From the IMG/VR virus record IMGVR_UViG_3300036976_000011, positions 26,408 through 90,407 of that record: 64,000 nt of DNA; one strand, 5' to 3'. The translations under genes and the position numbers were made by a program. Within the stretch, counting starts at the first letter, position 1; each line of letters opens with the position of its first letter. The DNA is from a virus (Duplodnaviria; Caudoviricetes). This document shows, piece by piece, positions 42,700-53,198 of the stretch. The notes under the pieces are model-generated. The model had not been told where the DNA came from. It worked only from the letters and a program-made list of their open reading frames with translations, and did not search any database.

Positions 42700-43775
42700 A
42701 GTTCAGCGCGTAAATGACGCACGATCTCGTCTTGAGGCTCAATGACTAGTCCCAAGTCAAGCGCCGTCAATGCCTCTCGCCCACGCCCTAGAGCCATGAG
42801 TGCCCGTGCCTTGAGTTGCAATGGCACGACCGTCACCATTCGATCACAGGTCCACAGCGCCGTCCGCGACCGCCCTGCATTGAGTGCCTTGTCAGCATAA
42901 AGCACCGATAACTCGAATAGCCCTTGCGCCTTTGCCTCTGTGGCATAGAGTAGGGCCGCTTCGGACATTACTGCCCAGACGTGACCATAGGGTTTCACGG
43001 ATAGCGCGTTTGTTCCCGCTCGTATCGCGTCAGCGTATTGCCCAAGCCGCAAGTGCGCCGCTGCCTGACAATAGCGCGCCTCGAAAAGCTCCTCTTGGTT
43101 CTCGCCATCCGTCATGGCGAGGTATTGTGCTATAGTCAAAAGTGCATCCCGCCATCTCTCAGCATCGCAATAGTCTTTTGCCAAGAGGGCGAATAGGCGC
43201 GGATTTACATTCCCTTGCTTGATAGCCTTTTCAGCTATAGCAATGTTGTGCCCTGGTCGAGATATACTAGGTTTATTGAGTTGCACCACGCGAATCAGGT
43301 CAGTCTTGATGACCTTGCAATCGCCATTTAGTCGCCAGTACTCATGGACCGGGCTGTGCCACGCGCCGCTATCTCTGCGATAAATGCGTGGTTGCAGAAA
43401 CTTGCCACCTTTGCAGGAGAGGGGTATTTGTACCATCGCAAAGTCCTGCCCGTGCAAATCCTTTACCAATTCCGGCAATCGCTCTACGCCCTGCCATTCG
43501 TCGTCTACGTCTACCACGACAGCCCAGGGGGTAGAGAGCGCATCAAATGACTGTTGTCTGGCACTGGCAAAGTCCAGCAAGCGGCCTTCGTCGTCCAACA
43601 AACCGTCGCTAGTCGCCACGGGCAGTGTCGCCAATCTCTGCGCCACTTTCGGTGTATCGTCTGTGCTCATACCACCCAGCACGATAGCAATTTCATCCAC
43701 CAGACCCACGAACGGCTCTAGTGCCTTTTCCATCGTCCCCGCGCCATTTCTGGCAATCATCGCAACGCCTATCAT
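42672..43775 (-). CDS. GT2 glycosyltransferase with TPR C-terminus
   Basis: MIARNGA, STDDT, DFASARQ, DVDD (DxD), PVHE, then TPR helices; ATGA overlap at 43772-43775. Confidence 0.85.
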   Translation of the reverse strand: MIGVAMIARNGAGTMEKALEPFVGLVDEIAIVLGGMSTDDTPKVAQRLATLPVATSDGLLDDEGRLLDFASARQQSFDALSTPWAVVVDVDDEWQGVERLPELVKDLHGQDFAMVQIPLSCKGGKFLQPRIYRRDSGAWHSPVHEYWRLNGDCKVIKTDLIRVVQLNKPSISRPGHNIAIAEKAIKQGNVNPRLFALLAKDYCDAERWRDALLTIAQYLAMTDGENQEELFEARYCQAAAHLRLGQYADAIRAGTNALSVKPYGHVWAVMSEAALLYATEAKAQGLFELSVLYADKALNAGRSRTALWTCDRMVTVVPLQLKARALMALGRGREALTALDLGLVIEPQDEIVRHLRAELCAKMGVLE

Positions 43776-44230
43776 AAGCCTGTTGTCACTACTCGCTTGG
43801 TTGTTATCAAAAGCGCCCACTCACACCCGACCCACTTGTTGCCACTTTCCGGCGGAAATTCAATAGTGCCCTGGCCGCTATCTTCGTCTATTAGCGCGTG
43901 GATTACCTCACTGTCCAATTCATCAAGTTGCATTTCGGCCTCAAATTTATCCTCGACCCGTTCATAGAACGGATCAAGCGCCTTTTCCAAGTCGCCGTAA
44001 ATGCCCGTGCCAGCCTTTCCAATTAGCAAAATCAGCCGCCAGCGTCGCATGACCCTGTGTAAATCTGGTGTCACATTATCATGGTCTGCCTCAGCAGGCA
44101 CAATGAGAAAGCACGGGCAGTCCGCCTCTTGTACGTTGCGCGGCGTGTAAGCGAATGCCTTTGTCACACCTGTTATAGCCTCTAGAAGCGTCTTAAGACG
44201 TGTTCTGGTATTTGCCAGGGTTATTGCCAC
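43772..44230 (-). CDS. tail terminator / head-tail joining protein
   Basis: Position between connector and tail tube. Confidence 0.55.
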   Translation of the reverse strand: MAITLANTRTRLKTLLEAITGVTKAFAYTPRNVQEADCPCFLIVPAEADHDNVTPDLHRVMRRWRLILLIGKAGTGIYGDLEKALDPFYERVEDKFEAEMQLDELDSEVIHALIDEDSGQGTIEFPPESGNKWVGCEWALLITTKRVVTTGL

Positions 44231-45081
44231 GATATATCCACTAGGTCTGCCGCTCGCCTGGGCAAGTGCCAGCCCATAAGTATTTTCTCAATCTCCATTT
44301 CAATCGCCGTGCCCTCTAGCGACGGTATAGCAATAATTCCACCTGCCTGGTCTCTGTGTTCATAAATCCACTTGCACACGTCCAGGCAAGCGCCTTTTGC
44401 CATTTCTGGCACTTGATACACTGAAATCGCGGCAGCATTAGCGTGACTCGCCGCCGTTGAACCATTGACACCACGCCGCACAGTCGCTATATTCGTCGTC
44501 GTGTCCGTCGCCGTGACCTGTAAATACTCCGTGCCGATCTTTAGCAAATTACCTTCTGAGCAACGCCGCGTGAACCCATCAGCGCACACACCGTCTATAT
44601 TAGTAAATGTCACGCTTGTCACTGTGGTGTTAATTCCGCTAGCATCTTGTACCGTATCTCCTGTATCGAGCCAGGCATTATCCCAGTCGTCGTGATAGCC
44701 CCACGTGCCCGCGACATCTACCGTTGCCTGTGGCGTGCTCGAATACGTAAACACGTTACTTTGGTTCAGTAACAAAGCGATACGGTGTTTTGGGTATTTG
44801 TTCAGTGGATAGAGCTTGTAATCCGCCGCCGCTATGGACGTATCATCTATAGTCAGCGTCGTCACGGCTAGCAAGTCCTCGTTCACGTAGATGTTCTGTG
44901 GATCACGCTGATAGTCAAATTCTAGCGTAGCGATGCGTGGATAAAACCTGCGCCCGTGGCAGTGCTTGTCAATGCGCCGACTGGCCCAAGCGAGATATGA
45001 TTGCAGCTTGGTATCATCTGCCGTGTCAGTCACGTTCAGATATGCCCGTATTTGCGCCAGGGTCGCGTACTCGTTTGCCAT
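44221..45081 (-). CDS. head-tail connector (gp6/gp15-like) with insertion
   Basis: YATLAQIRAYL..DDTKL...ASRRIDKHC.GRRF. Confidence 0.75.
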   Translation of the reverse strand: MANEYATLAQIRAYLNVTDTADDTKLQSYLAWASRRIDKHCHGRRFYPRIATLEFDYQRDPQNIYVNEDLLAVTTLTIDDTSIAAADYKLYPLNKYPKHRIALLLNQSNVFTYSSTPQATVDVAGTWGYHDDWDNAWLDTGDTVQDASGINTTVTSVTFTNIDGVCADGFTRRCSEGNLLKIGTEYLQVTATDTTTNIATVRRGVNGSTAASHANAAAISVYQVPEMAKGACLDVCKWIYEHRDQAGGIIAIPSLEGTAIEMEIEKILMGWHLPRRAADLVDISWQ

Positions 45082-45461
45082 CAGTCCTCTATATACAAAT
45101 AGGCCGTGACACAATCAGTCAAGTCGTTACTCTGTGCTACGGTCAGCTTAATGCGTCCGTCAACTGGCAGCGGCTCGTTGACCGTTCTCGTACCATCATA
45201 AGTCAAGCCCGCGCCAGCGGTATCACATACCGCTTGGCGTGGCAGGTACCAACCATCCGTAGCATTGTTTGATACTGTGAGCAATGTCTGCTCTGGTGCT
45301 TCGGGCATTGAAATCGTCACGTCCGTCGTGCCTGGCGCGGTAGCGGCATAGTTCAAATAGACCGCGTGCAATTTTCCAGTAATGACATCCTGAGATGTCG
45401 CATTGCCCGCCGATACACCCGCCCCGCCCGTCGTCGTCACGCTGATTTTGATGCTACGCAT
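45081..45461 (-). CDS. virion structural protein
   Basis: Beta-rich 126 aa in head-closure region. Confidence 0.5.
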   Translation of the reverse strand: MRSIKISVTTTGGAGVSAGNATSQDVITGKLHAVYLNYAATAPGTTDVTISMPEAPEQTLLTVSNNATDGWYLPRQAVCDTAGAGLTYDGTRTVNEPLPVDGRIKLTVAQSNDLTDCVTAYLYIED

Positions 45462-46704
45462 AGCCTAAAGCCTCCAATCGTTGTAAGATAACCTGGTCAT
45501 AGGCTCTTGCCTGTGGTTCCATTGCCTTGTCAATGATGGCTTGCTCCCACTCGTGATAGTCAGGAAATGGCGGCAACCGAGACAGCAACCGGCCACGCAC
45601 TTTATCACTCACGCGCCCATTGCGCGCCTCTTTGTAGTCCCGGCTATCTACCAGAATCTCGTCACCTCGCCCGTTAGCGTAAACATTTTGTACCAGCTTG
45701 ACACGGCCTTGCACTACGCCGCTGTGTCGCCACAAGACGTGCTTTTCCATATCGGGGTCAATGGTGCTCTGGCCCTTTTCTTTGAGCAGGCGGTCGCTGA
45801 CATTGCCCGCGCCGGTTCCCTGTAGCCATAGCAGGCGGTCCGGCGGCGCTGGATGTCGTGCGTCTCCGCGCAACCAATTCGCCCAGGAGACGCCCTCGCC
45901 TTGCTGCTCCCAGCCAAGCAGGTCGCATACAGTTGGCAAGAGGTCTACGTGCTGTGTTGGCTGATCCGTGCGCTTGCCTTTTATCCCTGGCACGTACAGC
46001 GCCATCGGCGTCTTGACCAGGACATTGTGCAGTGACCATAAATGGTCCCACTGCGCGCCGTGTGAACCGTAGCGTTCGCCCAAGAGCTCGCCGTGGTCTG
46101 CGCAAATAGCTATGATCGTGTCTGGAAAATCGGACAAGATGAGTTCAATTAGATTGTGTACGAACCGGTCTACGTGTTCAGCAGCGCGATTGTAAAGCGG
46201 GATGATGTCGCCACCGCTGCCGCGTTTGGGCATAGGCTGTTCGAGGTAGGGGTAATGTAGCGTCATGTCTCGAATGAATCCGCACCACGGTTTGCTCTCA
46301 TCACGCTCAGATAAGAATTTCTTGACAGCCCTCAGTTCGAGGTCTCCTGAGTCAGAAGTCTTGTGCCAGGCAATTACATCCATATATTGACGGTAAAACT
46401 CAGGAACCAGCGCGGGCTGCACAGCCCAGGTCGTGCCGCCCACCAGTTTTTTCCACTTCCAGAAAATGGTCGGCAAGCTATCCTTGAACAGGCTGCCCAT
46501 CTGCGTCGTGACTTTGGTCTGCCACGGACCGTAGCCAGTGAACAGCGCGGCGTGATTAGGGTCAGAGCAATGCGCAACGCCCCAGTGATTCGTAAAGTTG
46601 AACCAGGACCTTGTGGCGCGTTTTGCAAGTGGCATTTTCCTACGCCAAGTGTCCCGCCTCAAGCAATCCAATACGACAAGGAGAAAATTCATCTTTGGTA
46701 ACAT
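45454..46704 (-). CDS. sulfatase / alkaline-phosphatase superfamily enzyme
   Basis: VVLDCLRRD, SDPNHAALFTG, HYPY, ADHGE, H, VDLLPT, RLEALGY. Confidence 0.85.
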   Translation of the reverse strand: MLPKMNFLLVVLDCLRRDTWRRKMPLAKRATRSWFNFTNHWGVAHCSDPNHAALFTGYGPWQTKVTTQMGSLFKDSLPTIFWKWKKLVGGTTWAVQPALVPEFYRQYMDVIAWHKTSDSGDLELRAVKKFLSERDESKPWCGFIRDMTLHYPYLEQPMPKRGSGGDIIPLYNRAAEHVDRFVHNLIELILSDFPDTIIAICADHGELLGERYGSHGAQWDHLWSLHNVLVKTPMALYVPGIKGKRTDQPTQHVDLLPTVCDLLGWEQQGEGVSWANWLRGDARHPAPPDRLLWLQGTGAGNVSDRLLKEKGQSTIDPDMEKHVLWRHSGVVQGRVKLVQNVYANGRGDEILVDSRDYKEARNGRVSDKVRGRLLSRLPPFPDYHEWEQAIIDKAMEPQARAYDQVILQRLEALGYA

Positions 46705-47093
46705 ACCACCTTTCTGTCGCTATCAAGGATACAGCCTGGTGTATACCCTGGAATTAGTGCTGAAACAACTTTATCTAATGGCAAATCAGTTACAAAATCA
46801 CATTCTGGTCGCCAGACTTTCACTTTCTCAAGCACCTCGCCCACCGTTTGGGCGTCAACTTCCTCAATGAACGTCTTGGCATTGACTTGCCATTGTTCAC
46901 TTTCTCTTTCCCAGCTACGGCATGATTTCACTTTGCTATCATGCACATTAGCAGGCATCCTTTTCATCAGCCCAGCAATGCACTCAAGGTCTTCTTGCGT
47001 TATAGGCCCAACATCAGCTAGGCTGCCAGTGCAAGCGTATTCAGCGTCATCTACTGAATAGACACCGCGAAATGATTGATTGGATTCATTCAT
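46689..47093 (-). CDS. hypothetical protein (low GC)
   Basis: Coupled ORF. Confidence 0.5.
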   Translation of the reverse strand: MNESNQSFRGVYSVDDAEYACTGSLADVGPITQEDLECIAGLMKRMPANVHDSKVKSCRSWERESEQWQVNAKTFIEEVDAQTVGEVLEKVKVWRPECDFVTDLPLDKVVSALIPGYTPGCILDSDRKVVCYQR

Positions 47094-47575
47094 TGGCTTG
47101 CCACCTTCTGCACATCTCTGACAAGAATTTTGCCACCTTTACCTGTGCCAACGATTTTAGAGAGAGGCACTGTTAATCTACCTTCAGCGTGTAATTCTTG
47201 CGCCAGTTTGTAGGCTTTGTCAGTAATGCCGTGGTCAAGCAGGTCAGCGAGGGCGAGAAGATTAGGAGAATCTTTGTCAAGCTCTTTTACCATGATCTTG
47301 GTTACGACCGGGTCGTCACCTTCTTCGTAGACGACACTAGCATCTAATTCAGCTAGCTTTGGCACAACTGCTTCGCCCCCCGGCTCAAACAATTCATAGT
47401 CTGCCGTTACATAACCCCCCACACCATCCGCTCTCGGCAAATCCACTTCAGAACACACATTAGGGAAATTGTGCAACAACTTCCGTCCTGTTTTCTCATC
47501 AACCTCATACTCGCCTGGTTCATAAGTCAGACCCCAAAGCATCCTAGATTCCGTCAGTCTTACTCTCATCGTCAC
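47090..47575 (-). CDS. protein with C-terminal E3-binding (PSBD)-like domain
   Basis: AYKLAQE....PLSKIVGTGKGGKILVRDV. Confidence 0.65.
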   Translation of the reverse strand: MTMRVRLTESRMLWGLTYEPGEYEVDEKTGRKLLHNFPNVCSEVDLPRADGVGGYVTADYELFEPGGEAVVPKLAELDASVVYEEGDDPVVTKIMVKELDKDSPNLLALADLLDHGITDKAYKLAQELHAEGRLTVPLSKIVGTGKGGKILVRDVQKVASQ

Positions 47576-48138
47576 TCCTCAAACAGCCTGAATCCCAAGG
47601 CATCCCTGGCGCTCTGGCTACCGCGCCAGGCCGCGAACATCACCCGACCGCGAGCTAGTCTTAGTGCACTACGAGGCTTTAGCCCCCTCGCTAATGCACG
47701 GCGGAACCACAGGCCCAATAAGTCAGCGCCCCTTAACTCTACACCGGTCGCGCCCCAGTTCTTGCCCGGTCCTGCGACGACGGCGCTTGCGCCCGCGTCC
47801 AGAAACGCTTGCCGCATGGGATGTTGTTCGTCACCCATGTAGCACGCCTCAGAGAAAACTACTACACCACTGAGGTTCAAGCCATTAAGCTGTGACGCTC
47901 TTAGTGCTACCGGTGGACCATCTCGCTTTCCCAGAAGCGCCGCTGTGCCTGGCAGGCTGTGCAAATTGATAAAGATCAAATCATTGCCTTCCAACAAAGA
48001 TAGCTCCAGCGTCTCTGCCGTGAAAGGCGGGCAGCAGAACGGCTCAACGCCTGCCGCCCGCCTCGTTGCGTCTACATATTCTGTCGAGCAATATGCGAAA
48101 GTCCGCATTACTTGTAGCTGATAAAGACCTTGCACCAC
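47572..48138 (-). CDS. caspase-like clan CD peptidase (CHAT/C25-like)
   Basis: IFINLHS (His) and VFSEACY (Cys) dyad, AFLDAGASAVVAG. Confidence 0.65.
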   Translation of the reverse strand: MVQGLYQLQVMRTFAYCSTEYVDATRRAAGVEPFCCPPFTAETLELSLLEGNDLIFINLHSLPGTAALLGKRDGPPVALRASQLNGLNLSGVVVFSEACYMGDEQHPMRQAFLDAGASAVVAGPGKNWGATGVELRGADLLGLWFRRALARGLKPRSALRLARGRVMFAAWRGSQSARDALGFRLFEE

Positions 48139-50105
48139 CAGTCTTGCGCACTCAAGTCCTCAGTCGTGACCGTCTGCACAGCTATGGTAGCGCCTGCCGC
48201 CACGTCAGTCGTTGACGCAGTGACCGATGTGCAAGAGGTGTCACCAGTCGCAATCGTGCACGTCACGCTAGGCGTCAGGTTCGCCTCAGCACTGCGCATC
48301 GTGAAACTCTGCCCGTTGCTACCACTGGACGTAACCTCACACATCATGCCAAGCACCTTGAATGACGTGTTGGCGAACCCGATGGGCGCGTCGGCGGTTG
48401 CCTCGGTTGCATTGTCCAGTGCTGCACAGCCCCCACTTGCCAGTGAATAGTCGGTCGTGTAATCACCACCAAGAAAGGCTACGACCGGCCCGCTGTAGAG
48501 TGTGGTATTGTTCGGACTGTCACCACACAAGATAACCTGATCCACCATCGCAGCCAGCTCGTCAGGCCCAAGCGAGTTCTCAGGAACTGCAAACTCCGCG
48601 TCGCCCGTGCCGTCAGTTGAGACGGTCACAAGGTCGTTGTTCGCAGAACCAACCGTGATTCCACCATCAGCGTCGAGGTTTAGGCGTGTCTCAGCGGCAT
48701 TGCCACCCTCGGCCACGCCAATGGTAAAGTCACAGTCCTCAGCGCCCGTGCTAGCGTCCGTGCAGTTAGCCGTCATCAGCACGTGCGCCATGTCGTCGTC
48801 TGCGCTGTCCGCATAGTCACGGAACGAGAGCAGCACGTTGCCCGTGGCGGTGTTTTCTAGCATCATTTCACCGGCAGAGCCATCGAGAAACACCTGCGTT
48901 CCCGCCGCTGCGCCGCCAGTCACGGTCAACAGCGACATGTCACACTCCTCAGCACCCGTACCGGTCCCGGAGCAGTTGACGCGCACCGCGCCATGTACCA
49001 TGTCATCATCAGTAGTGTCTGCGTAATCACGGAAACTCAGGTCCACATTGCCCGTTGAGCCACCGATGAGGCTAAACCCACCAGTCGCACCAAAGTAGGC
49101 AGAGATACCTGTGCCAGCCGCGTCATCAGCGTCCAGGCTAATGGCCGTTGCCACAGCTTCATCACCCTTGATGACGATTGACCCGGCTTCTGATTCTGCC
49201 GTCAGGTCAATGCCCGCGCCCGCAACGTTGATATTGCTCGCAGCGTCACCGTCAACGCTGAACCCGCCGGTAATGTCTACGTCAAAACCGTCACCGTCCA
49301 GGTCAATGTCACCGTCAACGTCTAGCGTGTCATCAACCTCAGCATCACCGGCAACTAACAAATCATCGTCGCCATTTGCTGTCCCGCCGGTTCCCGTGCC
49401 GATGTCTACCATGTGACCGTCAATGTTCATGCTCGCTGACAGATCAATATCCACATCGTCCAAGTTGGTTGTGCCGTCCACATCCACGTCGTCCGCGATG
49501 TCCACGTTGCCATCGTCCACGTTCAAGGCGTCCTGCCCTGCCGTGCCGATGATGTGCAGAGCTTCCTCTGAGGCGTCCCAGAAGAAATGGTCACCGCTCG
49601 TGCCGCTGTAGATATAAAAGTCAAGGCCCGTGCCCGCTACGCCAAACGACGTGACCAGGTTCTCGTCAATGGCCATCGCCTGTGTCGTGCCGGCAGCGGA
49701 ACCTTTACCGATGACCAGGTCGTCGGCGCTATCATCGAGGATAATGTGGTAATCCTGAGCGTTGCCATCGAACACGATTCCGGCATCCTCGGTCCCTGCA
49801 TCACCGATGGTCAAGACCGGCGTCGTGCCACCAAAAGTCACATCGCCCGTAGTGCCCTCGACCTTGAACGACTGCGTGGAGCCAGCGTCGGTGTACATCA
49901 CGATGTCGGAACCGTTCCAGGCCTCGACACAATTCCTGTCATCGCTGGTGCAAAGCACGCTGATGCGCTCGGTTGCCTTTGCTTCCACGCCTTCCTCTGG
50001 CGCGGGCGGGACAGGGTACGTCACACCGGAAATAGCCAGCGCCGCGATGACGACGGCCATCACAGCCCAACTAATCCACTGCTTTTTTTCAGTAAGGTTC
50101 ATCAT
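48108..50105 (-). CDS. acidic repeat-rich protein with N-terminal hydrophobic anchor (head fibre/decoration or surface protein)
   Basis: TM/signal segment residues about 9-28; duplicated GNV.LSFRDYAD..DDDM.H....NC....GAE.CD unit. Confidence 0.55.
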   Translation of the reverse strand: MMNLTEKKQWISWAVMAVVIAALAISGVTYPVPPAPEEGVEAKATERISVLCTSDDRNCVEAWNGSDIVMYTDAGSTQSFKVEGTTGDVTFGGTTPVLTIGDAGTEDAGIVFDGNAQDYHIILDDSADDLVIGKGSAAGTTQAMAIDENLVTSFGVAGTGLDFYIYSGTSGDHFFWDASEEALHIIGTAGQDALNVDDGNVDIADDVDVDGTTNLDDVDIDLSASMNIDGHMVDIGTGTGGTANGDDDLLVAGDAEVDDTLDVDGDIDLDGDGFDVDITGGFSVDGDAASNINVAGAGIDLTAESEAGSIVIKGDEAVATAISLDADDAAGTGISAYFGATGGFSLIGGSTGNVDLSFRDYADTTDDDMVHGAVRVNCSGTGTGAEECDMSLLTVTGGAAAGTQVFLDGSAGEMMLENTATGNVLLSFRDYADSADDDMAHVLMTANCTDASTGAEDCDFTIGVAEGGNAAETRLNLDADGGITVGSANNDLVTVSTDGTGDAEFAVPENSLGPDELAAMVDQVILCGDSPNNTTLYSGPVVAFLGGDYTTDYSLASGGCAALDNATEATADAPIGFANTSFKVLGMMCEVTSSGSNGQSFTMRSAEANLTPSVTCTIATGDTSCTSVTASTTDVAAGATIAVQTVTTEDLSAQDWWCKVFISYK

Positions 50106-50157
50106 TTTTACCTCTATTCAGTTGTGGCGGGGTATATTGCAACCCCGCCACAAGATA

Positions 50158-51858
50158 CTACACAGTGATGTTGTAGCCCAGGCCGACCATGCCAGCTTCT
50201 TTAAAGCCAATATCAAGTCGGGCCAGGGTCAGAATGTACCAGGCGTCGGAGAAGGGTACTTGCCCCACGACCATGCGCGGGCGGCGACGCCAGCCCACGC
50301 GCACGCCCAGCCGGTTCACGACCAGGAACGAGCCTTTCACGTTGTCAGCAGCGGTGTCGTCAATGTTTCCGTCAGCGTCAGTCAATTGATACTTCTGAAC
50401 TGACATGATGGGAATACCTGTTACGCTGCCAAGCTGTCCGGTCAAGATCGTCGCGCCGGAGCCGAATTTGTCCACGGTCGACACTTCGTCCAGTAGGGTG
50501 AACTGCAACCCAGTCGTCGGGTCGCAGAAAATCACCAACTGACCGGTGTCAGCACCGAAAACGGCGTCCGTGCCCATCAACTTGCGCACACCAACCACGT
50601 CATCAACGGTCAGCGCGCCAACGCTACGCTTGTCTGCCGTGGTCGTGACCATTGGCTCGTGGCGCAGGCCATCTACCGCCAGGTAGCGGCTATTAGCCGT
50701 CAGGCTCGTGCCTTGATACGAGATGTTCGTGGTGTCCGTGGTCTCGTCGCCGTTGATGAGCACGTCGTTGATGGCGTGTGCCATGCTAACGCCATACTGA
50801 TCACGGAACTGCGTCTCGATGTTTACCGGCGAGTCCTCGGCCTGTTCCGCCGACCACATGGTTATCGCGCCAATCTTATTGGCACTAAATGTGGTCTTGG
50901 CCGTCCCGATTTTGCTGTCAGGGATAGGCATGCCACTACCCAAGGCCATCTGCGTCTCAGCGGTCGTCTCACCCACCAGGTAGAACGTCGGGTCGGTGGA
51001 CTCAATGCTCACGTCCTGCGGGTTGCTCGTCATGTCGAATTGCGGCAAGACAGACAGCACACTGGACTCCAAGCGCACGGTGCGCCACAGAACTGCGTCC
51101 ATCAAAGTGGGCACCCACTCATCACCATAATTGGACTGGGTGGAGTGTACGAGTTCGTTCGCCTTGGTGTGCTTGGCGAGTTTAATCAGCCCGTCAATGC
51201 CCTCCCTTGTAATGCCCTTCTGACCATAGGTATTGAGCTTGACTCCGTCAAACTCAATAGTATCTTCCTCGCGGCCCTGTTCACCCCATTTGCCCAAGAG
51301 TTCCGGGTCGAACGCAGGGACCGTCATCTTGAAAGGCTTACCATAGGCATCCAACCGCGCTAGCTCGTCCTCAGTGCGCAAGAACCGGTTGGCCTTCACG
51401 CATAGGGCGCGGTACAGTTTCTGACTGGGCGCTTGGCTCCTGCCAGCGCGGTGGCTCAGGCGCTGAATTTGATACTTGACCGCCATTTCAGTCAATGGCA
51501 GATTGTCATACTTGCTCATGACGCTCAGGCGTGACAGGAACAGAGACGGATCAGTCGGGGCGGTGTCGGGCGGTTCGCCGTCTCCATACTCTGGGCGTTG
51601 CACACCCAGGTTTTTGGTTGCTTCCTCGACACGCTTGTCAACCTCAGCCTGAATTTCGGCTTCGCGCCTCTTTTTTTCTTCTTTTTCCTTTGCAGCCTGG
51701 CGAGCTTCAGCGTCAGCTTTTAACGCCTTTACTTTGTCGCCACGCTCCAAATTCTCTTTGACTTTTTCGGCTTTCGCCGTGAGTTCGTCAGCCTTTTCAA
51801 TATCGCCTGCTTCAAAAGCAGCTTCAGCTTCACTGACGAGCTTCAGATATTCGTTCAT
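50158..51858 (-). CDS. major capsid protein (HK97 fold, N-terminal scaffold-like coil)
   Basis: GDEWVPT, ANKIGAIT.WS.EQAEDS, INGDETT, G.LGSV.GIPI. Confidence 0.85.
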   Translation of the reverse strand: MNEYLKLVSEAEAAFEAGDIEKADELTAKAEKVKENLERGDKVKALKADAEARQAAKEKEEKKRREAEIQAEVDKRVEEATKNLGVQRPEYGDGEPPDTAPTDPSLFLSRLSVMSKYDNLPLTEMAVKYQIQRLSHRAGRSQAPSQKLYRALCVKANRFLRTEDELARLDAYGKPFKMTVPAFDPELLGKWGEQGREEDTIEFDGVKLNTYGQKGITREGIDGLIKLAKHTKANELVHSTQSNYGDEWVPTLMDAVLWRTVRLESSVLSVLPQFDMTSNPQDVSIESTDPTFYLVGETTAETQMALGSGMPIPDSKIGTAKTTFSANKIGAITMWSAEQAEDSPVNIETQFRDQYGVSMAHAINDVLINGDETTDTTNISYQGTSLTANSRYLAVDGLRHEPMVTTTADKRSVGALTVDDVVGVRKLMGTDAVFGADTGQLVIFCDPTTGLQFTLLDEVSTVDKFGSGATILTGQLGSVTGIPIMSVQKYQLTDADGNIDDTAADNVKGSFLVVNRLGVRVGWRRRPRMVVGQVPFSDAWYILTLARLDIGFKEAGMVGLGYNITV

Positions 51859-51863
51859 TATTT

Positions 51864-53144
51864 TTACCTCTTGTATGATTTCAGAATTTCAAGTCGTTCT
51901 TGTAGCTCTGCCAACTTTTCCTCGTCCACAACTTCACTCTGCGGTCCCTCGTCGCTTTCTAGATCCGACGGCAGTATCTCCTCGGCGGTTAGCGCCGAGA
52001 AGGCTTTTAATGTTTGTACTTTGGCTCGTGGCTCTGCGGGCGTAGGTGTGATGGTCGCGTCTAGCCCAAGCGGCCACGTCTTGATCCATTCAGCTTTGCC
52101 TACAGGTTCAATCTCTACCAGGTTGGGAGCCGTGCCAGATGACCAGCCCATTTTGCCTTCTTTGATACGCTCATAGATAAATCTTTCATAGGCATCGCGC
52201 AATTGAAGCTGTGCTTCAACCCATACACCAAAGTCATCAGTCTTGAGGCTAGCGCGAGGCAGCGTCAATTTGCGCTTGCGTAGCGTACGGTCAAGTCCGT
52301 GGTGAAAGTATACACTCGATGCACCCACACCATTATCCAAGTCATAATCAGTTCTCTTGGTAAAAAACTGGTTTTCCAGGTCGGGGTCAATGTCTGTACT
52401 GAAGCGTACTAGATAGCCACCTACTAGACCGTCATTCGTATCAGAAAGCACCTTGACCGTGCCACCATAGGCTATGAGCAGGTCGTCAGACAGTGACTTG
52501 ACACCCGCCACTTCCATCGGCTCAGGTTCACCTATTCGCCTGCCCCACCCTGGTACGTCAATGCCCGCACTCTCTAGCAATTCAAGCAACGGTACGACAG
52601 CGTCGCGGATACGCCGCGCATTGGTGCGCGATAGCACACGACCAGCTTTGTCAGCTTTTTCCTCTTTTTTAGTTAGCTTACCGCCCTCGTATTCGTAATC
52701 AGCATCGAGGTGGCGGCTGATGCGCTCTGCCAATCGCTTGCCAATAATAGACCACTCGGCTGACGTGTAGCCACCAGCCTCACGTTGACCATCACGATTG
52801 AAATACTGTGCAACAGAACTGGCGAACTCTTTGTTCGCCGGATAGGCCCAGTTTACCGGGTCGCCAAAGTCCGCTTCGGTAACATCAGCAAACTTAGATG
52901 GCTTGGTCACAGCCTTGCCTTCTTTCGCATCAATGCCGTACTTTTCGGCGCGTTTTTCTCTCGCCTCTTTATCAGCATCCGCGGTCTTGGTAGCTTCTTC
53001 CTCTGCCGCGTACAGCGCCGTAACCTGTTCGTCGGCGCTCTCCTCTGTGTCGTGGCAGCCCATGACCTCACCGGTCTCGTCATTGATCACCGCGCCCCAT
53101 TGGCCCTCGCACTCGTCGTGCCCCTCTACCGTTGAATAAGGCAT
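51864..53144 (-). CDS. prohead protease with N-terminal accessory domains
   Basis: VGGYLVRF, YFHHG, DDFGVWVEAQL, GWSSG, TPTPAEPR; directly upstream of capsid gene. Confidence 0.75.
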   Translation of the reverse strand: MPYSTVEGHDECEGQWGAVINDETGEVMGCHDTEESADEQVTALYAAEEEATKTADADKEAREKRAEKYGIDAKEGKAVTKPSKFADVTEADFGDPVNWAYPANKEFASSVAQYFNRDGQREAGGYTSAEWSIIGKRLAERISRHLDADYEYEGGKLTKKEEKADKAGRVLSRTNARRIRDAVVPLLELLESAGIDVPGWGRRIGEPEPMEVAGVKSLSDDLLIAYGGTVKVLSDTNDGLVGGYLVRFSTDIDPDLENQFFTKRTDYDLDNGVGASSVYFHHGLDRTLRKRKLTLPRASLKTDDFGVWVEAQLQLRDAYERFIYERIKEGKMGWSSGTAPNLVEIEPVGKAEWIKTWPLGLDATITPTPAEPRAKVQTLKAFSALTAEEILPSDLESDEGPQSEVVDEEKLAELQERLEILKSYKR

Positions 53145-53153
53145 TATTCACCT

Positions 53154-53198
53154 CACAAAAAAAGCGCCCGCATGCCTTTAATTAGGCATGCGGGCGCT
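53154..53198 (-). terminator. strong intrinsic terminator
   Basis: 15-bp perfect stem agcgcccgcatgcct/aggcatgcgggcgct followed by T run. Confidence 0.85.
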
